Of a stretch of 64,000 nucleotides of DNA, positions 8,115-18,192 are shown piece by piece (the first letter of the stretch is position 1; each line of letters begins with the position of its first letter). The DNA comes from Deltaproteobacteria bacterium. GTDB lineage: Bacteria; Desulfobacterota; GWC2-55-46; UBA9637. Below the pieces are notes generated by a model. That model saw only the letters and a program-made list of their open reading frames with translations, was not told the DNA's origin and did not search any database. Made by a program: the position numbers and the translations under genes. The stretch is from the NCBI GenBank assembly GCA_016214995.1, contig JACRML010000031.1, positions 6,453-70,452 on the forward strand, given 5' to 3'.

Positions 8115-9227
8115 TTATTTGATTCCAGCTTTAGCAAAGATTTCCTTCAATACACTACGGACAATAGTCTCATAGCTTGAAAAAGATGTTCCTGAGAAAT
8201 TGCCATTAGCTATGATTTCGCCGCTATTTTCATCAATCCATTGCATATTAAATCTTAAAAGGGTGTAATAGAATCCATCCCAGGCATAATTATAGCTATA
8301 GGTAAGCAAAATCCTCCTGTTTTGTCTGGGCGTGGCAGCACTTTTTGGAGTGTCACTGTCATTGACTGCAATCAAGGCAGTGGCCTCTATCGCATCCTCC
8401 AGTGAAACCACATCCGATGTTTTGGTGTCTATTGATTTTCTGATATCATCATTAAATAGCGCTGCGGCGTAATTAATCTTTATTCCAAAATTCACATTTT
8501 GAGGAACGGTCCCTGTTTTTTTAAGCGTATATAAATCAGAAAGTTTTTCCGTTGCAATGCCTATTACATGAAATTTTTCATTTAAAATAGGCCCTCCGCT
8601 ATTTCCGGGTTGAATGGCAGCTGAAACCTGGAAACGTGTTGGATTATCCATGAGCCCTACATCGGCAGAGACTATACCCTCAGTGACCCTCGGATGTTTT
8701 CCCAATAAATCTATGAGTGGAAAACCTACTACTTTTATGTGGTCGCCAATTTTTACATTCTCACTCTGATCCAGCCGCATCCATTTGAGCACTTTTATAG
8801 GCTCAAGCGGCTTCAATATTGCAATGTCGTTTTCTTCGTCTATGATTATAACTCTGGACTTGAAACTCTCACCATCCACTTTTTTGATAATAATAGCAGA
8901 GGAATCCTTCACTACATGGAGATTGGAAATAAGCATGCCATCTTCAGAAATGAAGAATCCGCTTCCAAATGCTAGTGTCAGTTTTGGCTCGTGTTCCTGC
9001 ATCTTTTGATTAGAATGAAAAGTTTGGATGCTGAATCCCAGTTTACTCAGTTCTTCTGATATTATAGGGGCAACGCCTATCGGGTCGTTTTTGTTTGATA
9101 CAATAAAGGTCGTGTCCTTGGTTGTGATATTATCTGTGGTCACATAGGCAGTCATAGTGCAACCGTCAATTATTACCGTAGAAAAAAATAACAAAACGGC
9201 ACATACAAAACGCGACAACTCTTTCAT
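8115..9227 (-). CDS. Trypsin-like serine protease lipoprotein (S1C-like)
   Basis: Triad context SNLHVV, NDIAILK, GNSGGPILN. Lipoprotein signal ...VIIDGC if started at MKELS. The ORF track extends to 9299. Confidence 0.7.
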   Translation of the reverse strand: MKELSRFVCAVLLFFSTVIIDGCTMTAYVTTDNITTKDTTFIVSNKNDPIGVAPIISEELSKLGFSIQTFHSNQKMQEHEPKLTLAFGSGFFISEDGMLISNLHVVKDSSAIIIKKVDGESFKSRVIIIDEENDIAILKPLEPIKVLKWMRLDQSENVKIGDHIKVVGFPLIDLLGKHPRVTEGIVSADVGLMDNPTRFQVSAAIQPGNSGGPILNEKFHVIGIATEKLSDLYTLKKTGTVPQNVNFGIKINYAAALFNDDIRKSIDTKTSDVVSLEDAIEATALIAVNDSDTPKSAATPRQNRRILLTYSYNYAWDGFYYTLLRFNMQWIDENSGEIIANGNFSGTSFSSYETIVRSVLKEIFAKAGIK

Positions 9228-9295
9228 TATCAGGATGCCGCATTTATAGAGTCTGAAATCTGATATGGGATTTGCTGTTGTGCGAATCATAATAA

Positions 9296-9338
9296 TCAAA
9301 AAGAAAAGGGGCTAGCTAATATTATTTGCTAACCCCTT
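9296..9338 (-). terminator. Rho-independent terminator after tRNA-Phe
   Basis: Stem aaggggttagc/gctagcccctt (10 of 11 bp) followed on the minus strand by a T-rich run, cttttcttttt. Confidence 0.55.
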
Positions 9339-9346
9339 GATATTCA

Positions 9347-9422
<76 letters not shown>

Positions 9423-9552
9423 GTTAACTACGATTTGGAGTTGCTAGTTCGTAGCTCGGATAAAAAAGTATGTAAGTGTGATTTGTGTATTGTATGAATT
9501 ATAAGGTAATTTATACGAGTCCATTTTGTCAAGGTTTTTCTATTTTTTAACA

Positions 9553-10836
9553 TTATAATTCTTTAAATACCTTTTCTACGGCAGCCAGTGTTTTATTAAT
9601 GTCGTTTTTTGAATGCGCCAATGAAACAAACACTGCCTCAAACTGAGACGGAGCAAGATAGACGCCTGATTCCAGCATCTTCTTAAAGTATTTGGCAAAC
9701 CTTTCAAGGTTGCTTTTCTTGGCATCCTCATAATTATCAACCGGTCTGTCGTTAAAAAACAGCGTGAACATTGCGCCTGCCCGTGCAACCTGCACAGGAA
9801 TATTTTTTTTCCTTGCTATAGTTTCAAGACCATAGCACAGTTCTTTGCTGGTTTTCTCCAGCTTTTCATAAACCCCTTTGCCCTTTAATATCTTTAAAGT
9901 CTCTATGCCTGCAGTCATTGCAAGAGGATTGCCTGACAATGTCCCTGCCTGATAAACAGGGCCGGATGGCGCCAGCATCTCCATAATTTTCTTCTTTCCG
10001 CCGAATGCGCCGACAGGCAAACCTCCGCCAATTACCTGTCCGAGGCATGTCATATCAGGGTCAACATCATAAACCTTCTGCGCCCCGCCGTAGCAAAGCC
10101 TAAATCCGCTCATCACCTCATCCAGTATCAACACAATGCCGTATTGATTGCACATATCCCTGAGCGCCTTTAAAAAGCCGCTTTGTGGAAGCACAACACC
10201 CATATTGCCCGGCACACCTTCTACTATTATGCATGCCACTCCTTCAGGGTCATTTCTGAGAATATCCTCAACAGATGTAATATCATTATATATGGCTGTG
10301 TATGTATTTTTTGCAATATCCGCCGGAACCCCGGGGCTGTCCGGTACGCCGAGGGTTGCTGCGCCGCTACCTGCCTTTACAAGAAGGCCGTCACTGTGAC
10401 CGTGATAGCATCCTTCAAATTTTATTATCTTGTCTCTTTTCGTATATGCACGCGCAAGGCGGATAGCGCTCATTGTCGCCTCTGTGCCTGAGTTTACAAA
10501 ACGCACCATGTCCATAGTAGGAAACGCCTCAAGCACAAACCCTGCGAGGGTTACTTCAAGCTCTGTTGGCGCACCGTAGCTTGTTCCTCTGTCAACCGCC
10601 TTTTTCAAAGCAGCATTTACCTTTGGATGTGAATGGCCGAGGATTGCCGGCCCCCATGAGCCCACATAATCTATAAAGCAGTTGCCGTCTGCATCGTATA
10701 TCTTTGAGCCTTTGGCCTTTTTTATGAAGAGCGGATTTCCTCCCATTGCCTTGAATGCCCGCACAGGACTGTTCACGCCGCCGGGGATGATGCCCTGCGC
10801 CTTTTGCATGAGTTTTTTGGAATTGGTAGTGTTCAT
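9553..10836 (-). CDS. hemL: Glutamate-1-semialdehyde 2,1-aminomutase
   Basis: 427 aa. Class III aminotransferase with [10 protein letters not shown] and DEVMSGFR. N-terminus [10 protein letters not shown] is typical of HemL. Confidence 0.92.
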   Translation of the reverse strand: MNTTNSKKLMQKAQGIIPGGVNSPVRAFKAMGGNPLFIKKAKGSKIYDADGNCFIDYVGSWGPAILGHSHPKVNAALKKAVDRGTSYGAPTELEVTLAGFVLEAFPTMDMVRFVNSGTEATMSAIRLARAYTKRDKIIKFEGCYHGHSDGLLVKAGSGAATLGVPDSPGVPADIAKNTYTAIYNDITSVEDILRNDPEGVACIIVEGVPGNMGVVLPQSGFLKALRDMCNQYGIVLILDEVMSGFRLCYGGAQKVYDVDPDMTCLGQVIGGGLPVGAFGGKKKIMEMLAPSGPVYQAGTLSGNPLAMTAGIETLKILKGKGVYEKLEKTSKELCYGLETIARKKNIPVQVARAGAMFTLFFNDRPVDNYEDAKKSNLERFAKYFKKMLESGVYLAPSQFEAVFVSLAHSKNDINKTLAAVEKVFKEL

Positions 10837-11279
10837 GTGTTTCCTCCATAAATTTTAAAATCGACAAATTCTCTTATTCTCAAAAAATCTCTTTTATTAT
10901 AGGTAACAACAATTGCCCCGATCTTCCTTGCGGTAAGGGCAATTAAGACATCCTTTGTAATCTTTGATAAAAAGTTATCCCCAAAACCATACTTTTTCCC
11001 AAGTTTGGCAACAACTTTACCTGTTTTCTGCCAATCGGATGCATCGGGAGTTATTAACCTGCTAAGATCTGCGAAGGTCGTATAAATTTTATCAAGGAGT
11101 TTTATAGAGGTGTTATCAAATGCACCTGCATAGAGTTCTTCAATGACAATTGCGCTCATATAAAACACTGGCTTCCCGAATTTTAGCTCAAACACGGGAT
11201 AGGAAATACCATTATTTATAAACGGGATGCATATTGAGGTATCAAAAATAACCTTAACTGGAAACCCTGCCATAAACAT
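10833..11279 (-). CDS. vapC: PIN-domain toxin (VapC-like)
   Basis: 148 aa. N-terminal [10 protein letters not shown] acidic motif. Stop overlaps the hemL ATG (ATGA). Overlaps the vapB 3' end. Confidence 0.75.
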   Translation of the reverse strand: MFMAGFPVKVIFDTSICIPFINNGISYPVFELKFGKPVFYMSAIVIEELYAGAFDNTSIKLLDKIYTTFADLSRLITPDASDWQKTGKVVAKLGKKYGFGDNFLSKITKDVLIALTARKIGAIVVTYNKRDFLRIREFVDFKIYGGNT

Positions 11280-11463
11280 CTTTAATATTTCCTTTACCCT
11301 TAATTGACATGAACATTTTCTCTATCTTGCTATTTGCTATCACAATGTCTAATGCCTTATTTATTGCCTCAGTGTCCGTCTTTGCCCCCAGAATTTTTCT
11401 GACGGATTCTATTTTATCCGATTCCAGGAGAAACTGTTTCCTCACTTTCAATGCAGTAGTCAT
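11254..11463 (-). CDS. vapB: VapB-type antitoxin
   Basis: 69 aa. Pattern ...ILGAKTDTEAINKALDIVI... resembles DUF2191/VapB antitoxins. Lies upstream of and overlaps the PIN gene. Confidence 0.65.
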   Translation of the reverse strand: MTTALKVRKQFLLESDKIESVRKILGAKTDTEAINKALDIVIANSKIEKMFMSIKGKGNIKDVYGRVSS

Positions 11464-11684
11464 CCTCCATCACCTCCATACACATCATATTTATTTTTAT
11501 ACACATTGTCAAGTTTTTCGGGTTAATCTTCTTAAATTTCAATGAGTTAAGAATTGTAAAGGTTATATTTTCTTGACCAGACTCATAGCTTTCCCTATAA
11601 TACGCATGCGGCATAAAAAATAAAAAATAATGTTGTGCCGAATGAAAAACCGTAACTCCATGACCAAGCAGAAGGAGGATGAAC

Positions 11685-12113
11685 ATGGGAATGCTCAAAG
11701 AATTCAAAGAATTTGCTATGCGTGGTAATGTTGTTGATATGGCCGTAGGTATTATTATCGGTGCTGCATTTGGGAAGATTGTAAGTTCGCTTGTGAGCGA
11801 CGTAATCATGCCACCAATCGGATTGCTTGTAGGCAACATCGATTTTTCTCACATGGCAATCACGCTCAGAGAGAAAACCATTGCGGCAGAGGCAGTCACA
11901 ATCAAGTACGGTGTATTCATCAACACCGCCTTGGATTTCATTATCGTGGCCTTTGCAATCTTCATAGTCATCAAGCAAATGAACCGTTTCAAAAAGAAAG
12001 AGGAAGCACCAGTCGCCGAACTAACGACCAAGGAATGTCCAAAATGCTTCACCGCCATTCCTATTAAGGCGATGCGTTGCCCGAACTGCACTTCAGAGCT
12101 TCAATCCGTATAG
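11685..12113 (+). CDS. mscL: Large-conductance mechanosensitive channel MscL with a C-terminal zinc-ribbon extension
   Basis: [31 protein letters not shown]... is the canonical MscL TM1. AAGGAGG lies 6 nt upstream of ATG 11685. C-terminus CPKC-x12-CPNC. Confidence 0.85.
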   Translation: MGMLKEFKEFAMRGNVVDMAVGIIIGAAFGKIVSSLVSDVIMPPIGLLVGNIDFSHMAITLREKTIAAEAVTIKYGVFINTALDFIIVAFAIFIVIKQMNRFKKKEEAPVAELTTKECPKCFTAIPIKAMRCPNCTSELQSV

Positions 12114-12120
12114 AATTGTG

Positions 12121-12192
12121 GCACAACAAGGCGCTCCACCAGATGTCTATTCCGCTGCGCTTCATAGCCGCTGATGAGCCTGGTCGTTAGAT
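12121..12192 (+). other. attC-like imperfect palindrome downstream of mscL (tentative)
   Basis: gcacaacaaggcgctccacc...gagcctggtcgttagat resembles the integron attC layout: RYYYAAC-like left end, GTTAGAT right end, 72 bp, bulged pairing. A single copy and no integrase. Confidence 0.2.
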
Positions 12193-12384
12193 GAGCGATA
12201 CATTACACAGAAGCTTTTACTTCTTCTGACCCCTGCTTAAGGCCTGCAGGGGCAGGATCCTGACTCTTGACTTCTGACTCATCTTTTTTATACCCGCACC
12301 CTTCCTTCGGGCATTTAACCGACTTGCCTGTCTTTTTGGAATATTTTTTCACAAGGGGAGGAGGTATTCATCGGGTTGTTTTAT

Positions 12385-14904
12385 TTAACCCGCCTTGCGA
12401 ATTTTTGCTTTTCCGCTTTTTACTTTTCCCTTTGCGCTTGCAGTTTTGGATTTTTTCTTTTCCTCGTTCAATCCAGCCATGGAAAGACATTCATCCAGCG
12501 TAAGCTCCTGCGGCTGTTTATCTGCGGGGATGCGGAAAAATCTTTTTCCGGCCTGAATGCACGGGCCGTATCTGCCGTTTACCACGCGCACGCTTGTATT
12601 CTCGTCCCATGCCTTGATGATTTTCTCCTGCTCTTTTTTCTCCTTCACAGTTACCAATTCAATGGCACGTTCCAGAGTTACACTGAGCGGATCTTCCCCT
12701 TTGCTCAAGGATGCAAAAATATTTTTATATTTCACATAAGGGCCGAATCTCCCTTTTGCCACACTGACATCTTCATTCTGAAACTTGCCTAACACTTTCG
12801 GCAGGCGGGGGCCGTTTAAAATTTCCTTGACCCTTTCCAGAGAAATCGTGTAAGGGTCTTCGCCTTTGGGAAGCGACACAAATGCATCTCTATATTTTAT
12901 ATACGGACCAAAACGTCCTATGCTCACAATCACCTCATTGCCTTCATGTGTTCCGAGATTGCGTGGCAGTTTGAAAAGTTCCATTGCCTGTTCAAAGGTG
13001 ATGTTATCCACACGCTGGTCTTTGCGAAGCGAAGCATAACGTGGTTTCTCATCGTCATCCTGATGTCCTATTTGAACCATAGGTCCAAACCTTCCGAGCC
13101 TTACGATTACTTGTTTCCCTGTCTTCGGGTCTTTGCCGAGCAGGCGCTCGCCGCTTTGGCGCTCTGATGTTTCGGCAGTATGCTTCACTATTTCATGAAA
13201 GGGTTTATAAAACGCCGCAAGCATCTTCGTCCACACCAATTTTCCTCCGGCAATTTCGTCAAACTCCTCTTCCACCTTTGCCGTGAAATTGAAATCCATA
13301 ATGTCTTTGAAATTATTCATAAGAAAATCATTTACCACCATGCCGATGTCCGTGGGAAAGAGTTTTGCCTTCTCTGCTCCGGTGTTTTCCGATTTAATTT
13401 CTTCTGTGATTTGCTTATTCTTCAAAGTGAAACAACTGAAATTTCGCTTCATCCCTTCGCGGTCTTCCTTAACCACATAATTTCTTTTTTGAATGGTAGA
13501 GATTGTGGGAGCATAGGTTGAAGGCCTTCCAATACCTAGTTCCTCCAGCTTGCGCACGAGTGTAGCTTCGGTATATCTGGGCGGGTGATGCGTGAAACGT
13601 TCTGTAGCAGTTATTTCTTTACCGGTGAGTTTCTCGCCGATTTTCAAAGGAGGAAGAATGCCTTCTGTGTTTTCCTCATCTTCGTCGTCTCTTCCTTCCA
13701 GATAAACTTTCAAAAACCCCTCGAACTTCAGAACTTCTCCCTGCGCAACAAAACTTTCTTCAGCCGTTGATACGCAGATTGTTGCTGTAGTCTTCTCCAG
13801 CAGGGCATCACTCATCTGCGAAGCAATCGTCCTTTTCCAAATCAGATCATAAATGCGGAGTTCCTGCGCATTGCCTTCAATTGAAGAGGCGCCGAGATCT
13901 GTAGGACGAATGGCTTCGTGCGCTTCCTGCGCTCCCTTGCTCTTTGTTTTGTAACGACGGATATTGATAAAGCCTTTTCCGTATAATTTTTCAATCTCCT
14001 TCTTCGCCTGGGCAAGCGCGGTGTCTGAAAGATTTACCGAATCCGTGCGCATATAGGTTATTTTTCCGCTCTCATAAAGCCCTTGCGCAGTTCTCATGGT
14101 TTGAGCAACAGAGTATCCGAATTTTCTTCCTGCCTCCTGCTGAAGTGTAGAAGTGGTAAAAGGAGCGGATGGGGATTTCTTTGCGGGCTTTGTCTCTATG
14201 TTGGCGATGGAGAACTCCGCATTTTTGCATTTTTCGAGGAATGATTTCGCCTCTTCTTTGGTCTGGAACTTTTTCGGCAGTTCCGCTTTCACCACCTCGT
14301 TTTTCTGATTCAGAAAAACAGCCGACACTTTGTAAGATGAAACAGATTTGAAATCTTGTATTTCTCTTTCCCGCTCCACAATCAATCTTACGGCAACGCT
14401 CTGCACCCTTCCTGCAGAGAGGGCGGGTTTCACTTTTTTCCAAAGGATTGGAGAAATCTCGTAGCCGACCAGCCTGTCCAAAACCCTGCGCGCCTGCTGA
14501 GCGTCAACCAAATTTTTATCAATTGTTCTAGGATTTTCAATTGCCTTTTGAATAGCCTCTTTGGTAATTTCAGAGTAGCTTATCCGTTTTGTTTTCTCCG
14601 GCTTCAAGTCCAGCGCTTCCGACAAATGCCATGCGATGGCCTCACCTTCGCGGTCTTCATCTGTTGCGAGCCACACCGTATCCGCACCCTTGGAAAGTTT
14701 TTTTAATTCGGCAACCACAGCTTTTTTATCGGGCGAAATTTCATACACTGGCTCAAAATTATTTTCTACATCTACCCCTATCCCTTTCTCAACCAAGTCG
14801 CGGATATGGCCGATGGAAGACTTCACTGTGAAATCCTTGCCGAGAAACTTGTTTATGGTCTTTGCCTTTGCAGGAGACTCTACTATGACGAGTGATCTGG
14901 ACAT
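12385..14904 (-). CDS. topA: DNA topoisomerase I
   Basis: 839 aa. TOPRIM LVIVESPAKAKTI and active-site ITYMRTDS. C-terminal repeated GRFGPY modules. Confidence 0.95.
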   Translation of the reverse strand: MSRSLVIVESPAKAKTINKFLGKDFTVKSSIGHIRDLVEKGIGVDVENNFEPVYEISPDKKAVVAELKKLSKGADTVWLATDEDREGEAIAWHLSEALDLKPEKTKRISYSEITKEAIQKAIENPRTIDKNLVDAQQARRVLDRLVGYEISPILWKKVKPALSAGRVQSVAVRLIVEREREIQDFKSVSSYKVSAVFLNQKNEVVKAELPKKFQTKEEAKSFLEKCKNAEFSIANIETKPAKKSPSAPFTTSTLQQEAGRKFGYSVAQTMRTAQGLYESGKITYMRTDSVNLSDTALAQAKKEIEKLYGKGFINIRRYKTKSKGAQEAHEAIRPTDLGASSIEGNAQELRIYDLIWKRTIASQMSDALLEKTTATICVSTAEESFVAQGEVLKFEGFLKVYLEGRDDEDEENTEGILPPLKIGEKLTGKEITATERFTHHPPRYTEATLVRKLEELGIGRPSTYAPTISTIQKRNYVVKEDREGMKRNFSCFTLKNKQITEEIKSENTGAEKAKLFPTDIGMVVNDFLMNNFKDIMDFNFTAKVEEEFDEIAGGKLVWTKMLAAFYKPFHEIVKHTAETSERQSGERLLGKDPKTGKQVIVRLGRFGPMVQIGHQDDDEKPRYASLRKDQRVDNITFEQAMELFKLPRNLGTHEGNEVIVSIGRFGPYIKYRDAFVSLPKGEDPYTISLERVKEILNGPRLPKVLGKFQNEDVSVAKGRFGPYVKYKNIFASLSKGEDPLSVTLERAIELVTVKEKKEQEKIIKAWDENTSVRVVNGRYGPCIQAGKRFFRIPADKQPQELTLDECLSMAGLNEEKKKSKTASAKGKVKSGKAKIRKAG

Positions 14905-14915
14905 AATAATAAAGT

Positions 14916-15000
14916 GATTACACGGATTTTTGAAAAGTGATTACACAGATTTAAAAGCAATCTTTTATCTGTGCAATCGTCTTTTGTAATCTGTGCAATC
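14916..15000. repeat. GATTACACAGAT double inverted-repeat element, family G, copy G1
   Basis: Two direct gattacac(g/a)gat units, then two inverted atctgtgcaatc units. Lies between the dprA stop and the topA start. The dprA TGA stop lies inside the last unit. Confidence 0.9.
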
Positions 15001-16111
15001 ATATTCTCCTTATAAACTGTTTTCCAGCCTGCTGCTCAATAAGCCCCTTTAATTCCATATCCAGAAGCAGTGATGATGTCTTTTGGGCGGATAAACCTGT
15101 GTTTTGTATAATGCTGTCAATGAAGCATGGTTCATCAAGAAGGTTCATAATCTTTTCTTCTTCAGGTGAAAGCCGTGGTCGTATCTTTCTTGCTGTGTCT
15201 GTAGTTACTTCTGTTTTCTGATTCCGGACTCCTGATATATTTATTGACAACTCTTCCAATATGTCCCTTATATCTTCAACAAGCTTTGCGCCATCTTTAA
15301 TAAGCTTATTTGTGCCCTTGCTCTTACTGGATGTTACGCTGCCCGGCAGGGCAAAAACATCCCTTCCGTAATCAAGCGCCAATCTTGCTGTTATAAGAGA
15401 GCCGCTTTTTAAGGAAGCCTCTGCAACCAGCACGCCTTTAACAAGGCCGCTGATAATCCTGTTCCTCTGGGGAAAGTTTGTTGCAAGCGGCGGGGCGCCA
15501 ATGGGAAACTCGGACACAACAGCGCCATTTGATATAATCTGTTCATACAGTTTCTTATTTTCTGACGGATATATCACATCAATGCCGCTGCCAAGCACAG
15601 CAATCGTCCTGCCTTTGCCTGCAATAGCCCCTCTGTGCGCCGCCGAGTCTATGCCCCTTGCCATGCCGCTTATAATTGTAATCCCAAGTGCGGCCAATTC
15701 TCTGGATAGTTTTTCTGCAACAGCGATGCCGTATAATGTTGGAAGCCTTGTGCCAACAACAGCTATGGCATTTTCATCCTCTTTACATATTGTCCCTTTT
15801 ACATAGAGATAAGGCGGAGGATCGGGGATTGAAAGCAGGGATTTGGGAAAATCCGCGTGTCTCAGGGTCAGGAATTTAACGTCGTGTTTCTTTATGAGGT
15901 TTATTTCATTTTCTACCCACTTCCACTCGTTAAATCCTTTTATGGCCTGGCTGAGTTTTTTCCCGACACCCTGGGTTTGTTCAAGTCTCTTTACCGATGA
16001 TTCAAAAACAAGTCTTGGCTCACGGAATTCGTCAATGAGCGTCTTATATGCTAGTTTGCCAATTCCCTTAATCCTTCCAAGGGCAAGCCAATATTTTATT
16101 TCGTGAGCCAT
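14999..16111 (-). CDS. dprA: DNA-processing protein DprA
   Basis: 370 aa. DprA Rossmann core GMARGIDSAAHRGA, FPQRNRIISGL. Confidence 0.9.
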   Translation of the reverse strand: MAHEIKYWLALGRIKGIGKLAYKTLIDEFREPRLVFESSVKRLEQTQGVGKKLSQAIKGFNEWKWVENEINLIKKHDVKFLTLRHADFPKSLLSIPDPPPYLYVKGTICKEDENAIAVVGTRLPTLYGIAVAEKLSRELAALGITIISGMARGIDSAAHRGAIAGKGRTIAVLGSGIDVIYPSENKKLYEQIISNGAVVSEFPIGAPPLATNFPQRNRIISGLVKGVLVAEASLKSGSLITARLALDYGRDVFALPGSVTSSKSKGTNKLIKDGAKLVEDIRDILEELSINISGVRNQKTEVTTDTARKIRPRLSPEEEKIMNLLDEPCFIDSIIQNTGLSAQKTSSLLLDMELKGLIEQQAGKQFIRRI

Positions 16112-16122
16112 AGAAAATAATT

Positions 16123-16188
16123 AGGCTATAGGCAATGGGCTTTGGGTAATAGGAAAACCTATAGCCCAGAGCCTATCACCTATAGCCT
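16123..16188. repeat. Heptamer-array hairpin (family H)
   Basis: Arm aggctat aggcaat gggcttt gggtaat agg, loop aaaa, then the inverted arm. 25 of 31 positions are complementary. Confidence 0.85.
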
Positions 16189-16191
16189 CTT

Positions 16192-17319
16192 TTATTCTGC
16201 TGTTCTTACCCTATCTCCCTTATAGATGACCTGCCTGCTTTTTGTTATAAATGCAGTGGATGTATCCTCCTCTGCACGGATTATTACAAGTTTTCCCAGT
16301 TCCGCAGGAGGAAAGGTGATTGTCTTCTCCTCTTTAGACATGGGGTCGCTTACCGTTGTTGTTGGCCTGAATATATTCATGGTGTTCCCCTGCTCAAGGC
16401 CGCTGTTTTTCCCTTTGTCAAGATAGACGATATCGCTTTCTGCTAGTCCTACCTTACCTTCAATCGACGCTATAATAAACCCGTCTATTACCTTTTCAGG
16501 CTTTTTTACCTCCACCTCTATAACAGGCGGCTCATGCGATTTTAGCTTTGCACCTTTTAATATCTCTTTGTAAGATTTTTCTATTCTTGCAATTATTACC
16601 CCACCTGTTTCAACCTTTATAATCTTCAATACGCCCGATGTGTCAGTCAAAAACCCTACTGGCTTATCAGTGACAGGGTGTTTTACTTCGCCTGTGATTG
16701 TAAAGATGGTGAGATTTTCGCCTTCTTTTATCTCATTTCCTTTGGCAATAGAGATGTAGACAATATCTCCTTGAGACAGCAAAAGCTTTTCCTCCTTGGA
16801 GCCTATAATTATGCCGATGCCTTCCTTATCTTTGGCAGATATCAATCCATGTCTTTCCATAATTAAGGAGGAAACCTTTATAATTTTAGGAGCTGGTTTT
16901 TCTTCAGTCGCAGAAGGTGTAGGGGGAACTTCAGCTTCTTTAGGCATTACTGCAGCAGATATATCTTCGGGTTTTTGCAATTTCTCAATTGGCAGTCCTT
17001 TCGGGACAGTCGGTTTTGCCTCTACACCACCCTCTTTTGCCTTTTCTCCTGCTTCAACCGATTCGGAAGGAAAGAGTCTGATTTTGTTGCCGGGGTATAT
17101 GAGATGAGGGTTCACAATATATGGGTTTATCTTCCAAACGCTTGGCCACTTAAATGGATTTCTTAAAAAGCTATCTGATATGTCCCAGAGCGTATCCCCT
17201 TCCAGAACAGTATATTCTCCATCTTCCAAATGCCTTTCTCTTTCTACAGCTAATGAGTGGCTGTAAACTGAGAAAGATAGTAGAAACATCAACATAAAAA
17301 TCAATTTTATCTTCATCAT
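16192..17319 (-). CDS. LysM domain-containing secreted protein
   Basis: 375 aa with a signal peptide. LysM YTVLEGDTLWDISDSF...PGNKIRL. Confidence 0.8.
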   Translation of the reverse strand: MMKIKLIFMLMFLLSFSVYSHSLAVERERHLEDGEYTVLEGDTLWDISDSFLRNPFKWPSVWKINPYIVNPHLIYPGNKIRLFPSESVEAGEKAKEGGVEAKPTVPKGLPIEKLQKPEDISAAVMPKEAEVPPTPSATEEKPAPKIIKVSSLIMERHGLISAKDKEGIGIIIGSKEEKLLLSQGDIVYISIAKGNEIKEGENLTIFTITGEVKHPVTDKPVGFLTDTSGVLKIIKVETGGVIIARIEKSYKEILKGAKLKSHEPPVIEVEVKKPEKVIDGFIIASIEGKVGLAESDIVYLDKGKNSGLEQGNTMNIFRPTTTVSDPMSKEEKTITFPPAELGKLVIIRAEEDTSTAFITKSRQVIYKGDRVRTAE

Positions 17320-17339
17320 AGCTTCCCCCTTTAGTAAAA

Positions 17340-18068
17340 CTATTTTTGGAGTTCTTGAATCTTTGTCCTTGCCTTCACTGCCGCCTCTGACGATGGGTAT
17401 CTCTCTATAAGTAATTTAAATTCACCCATTGCCTTTTCTTTGTTGTTAAGCTCCAAATATGTAAAGGCCACTTTTAAAAGTGCATCAGAAGCCTTATTTG
17501 CATTTGGATAGTTAGCCACCACTTTTTTAAACTCCACCAATGCCTTTTGATAGTCTTTCTGCGAATAGTAGGTTTCTCCAATCCAGTATTGTGCATTATC
17601 TGCCAGTGTATGTTTGGGGTAATTCAGAATAAAATTAGCGAACTTATCAATTGACTCAGGCAATCTGCCTGACATAAACAGGTTTTGTGCCTCATTGTAA
17701 AGTGCTTCCGGACTTGGCAAAGATTCTGCTTTTTTAGCATCTTCTTTTTTTATCGGTTCTTTTTTGGCTTCTGTCTTTTTTATATCTTCGGTTTCAAGTC
17801 TGACAACCTTGAGGTTGTCAGGCGGGATAACAGGAACAGCCATAGCCTTAAGCTCCCCAATATCTTTTTTGCTGACGGCAACCTGTTCCTGAAGCAGAAA
17901 GAGTTTATTATTTAACTCTTCCATGCTTGCATTGGTTTTAGACTGTTTTTTTTCTAATTCAGATATCTGAGTCTTGAGGTCCTTTACTGTTTGCTCCTGC
18001 TGTACGTTTGCACAACCGGTAATAAACAAACCAAGCAATAAGATAAGGTTTGCCGACGATTGTTTCAT
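17340..18068 (-). CDS. cpoB: Tol-Pal system protein CpoB/YbgF
   Basis: 242 aa. Signal ending ITGC, a coiled coil, then the YbgF TPR domain (AQYWIGETYYSQKDYQKA, YPNANKASDALLKV). Confidence 0.8.
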   Translation of the reverse strand: MKQSSANLILLLGLFITGCANVQQEQTVKDLKTQISELEKKQSKTNASMEELNNKLFLLQEQVAVSKKDIGELKAMAVPVIPPDNLKVVRLETEDIKKTEAKKEPIKKEDAKKAESLPSPEALYNEAQNLFMSGRLPESIDKFANFILNYPKHTLADNAQYWIGETYYSQKDYQKALVEFKKVVANYPNANKASDALLKVAFTYLELNNKEKAMGEFKLLIERYPSSEAAVKARTKIQELQK

Positions 18069-18108
18069 ATTTACCTCTAAGAGCTTGTTGAAAAACTCAA
18101 CAATCTCT

Positions 18109-18192
18109 GATTACACAGATAAAAGATTAGATTACACAGATTCAAACTTCTTTAAATATCTGTGTAATCATTTTTTCTAATCTGTGTAAATC
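18109..18192. repeat. Family G element, copy G2
   Basis: Two gattacacagat units, then atctgtgtaatc and atctgtgtaaatc. 40 bp upstream of the cpoB start. Confidence 0.9.
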
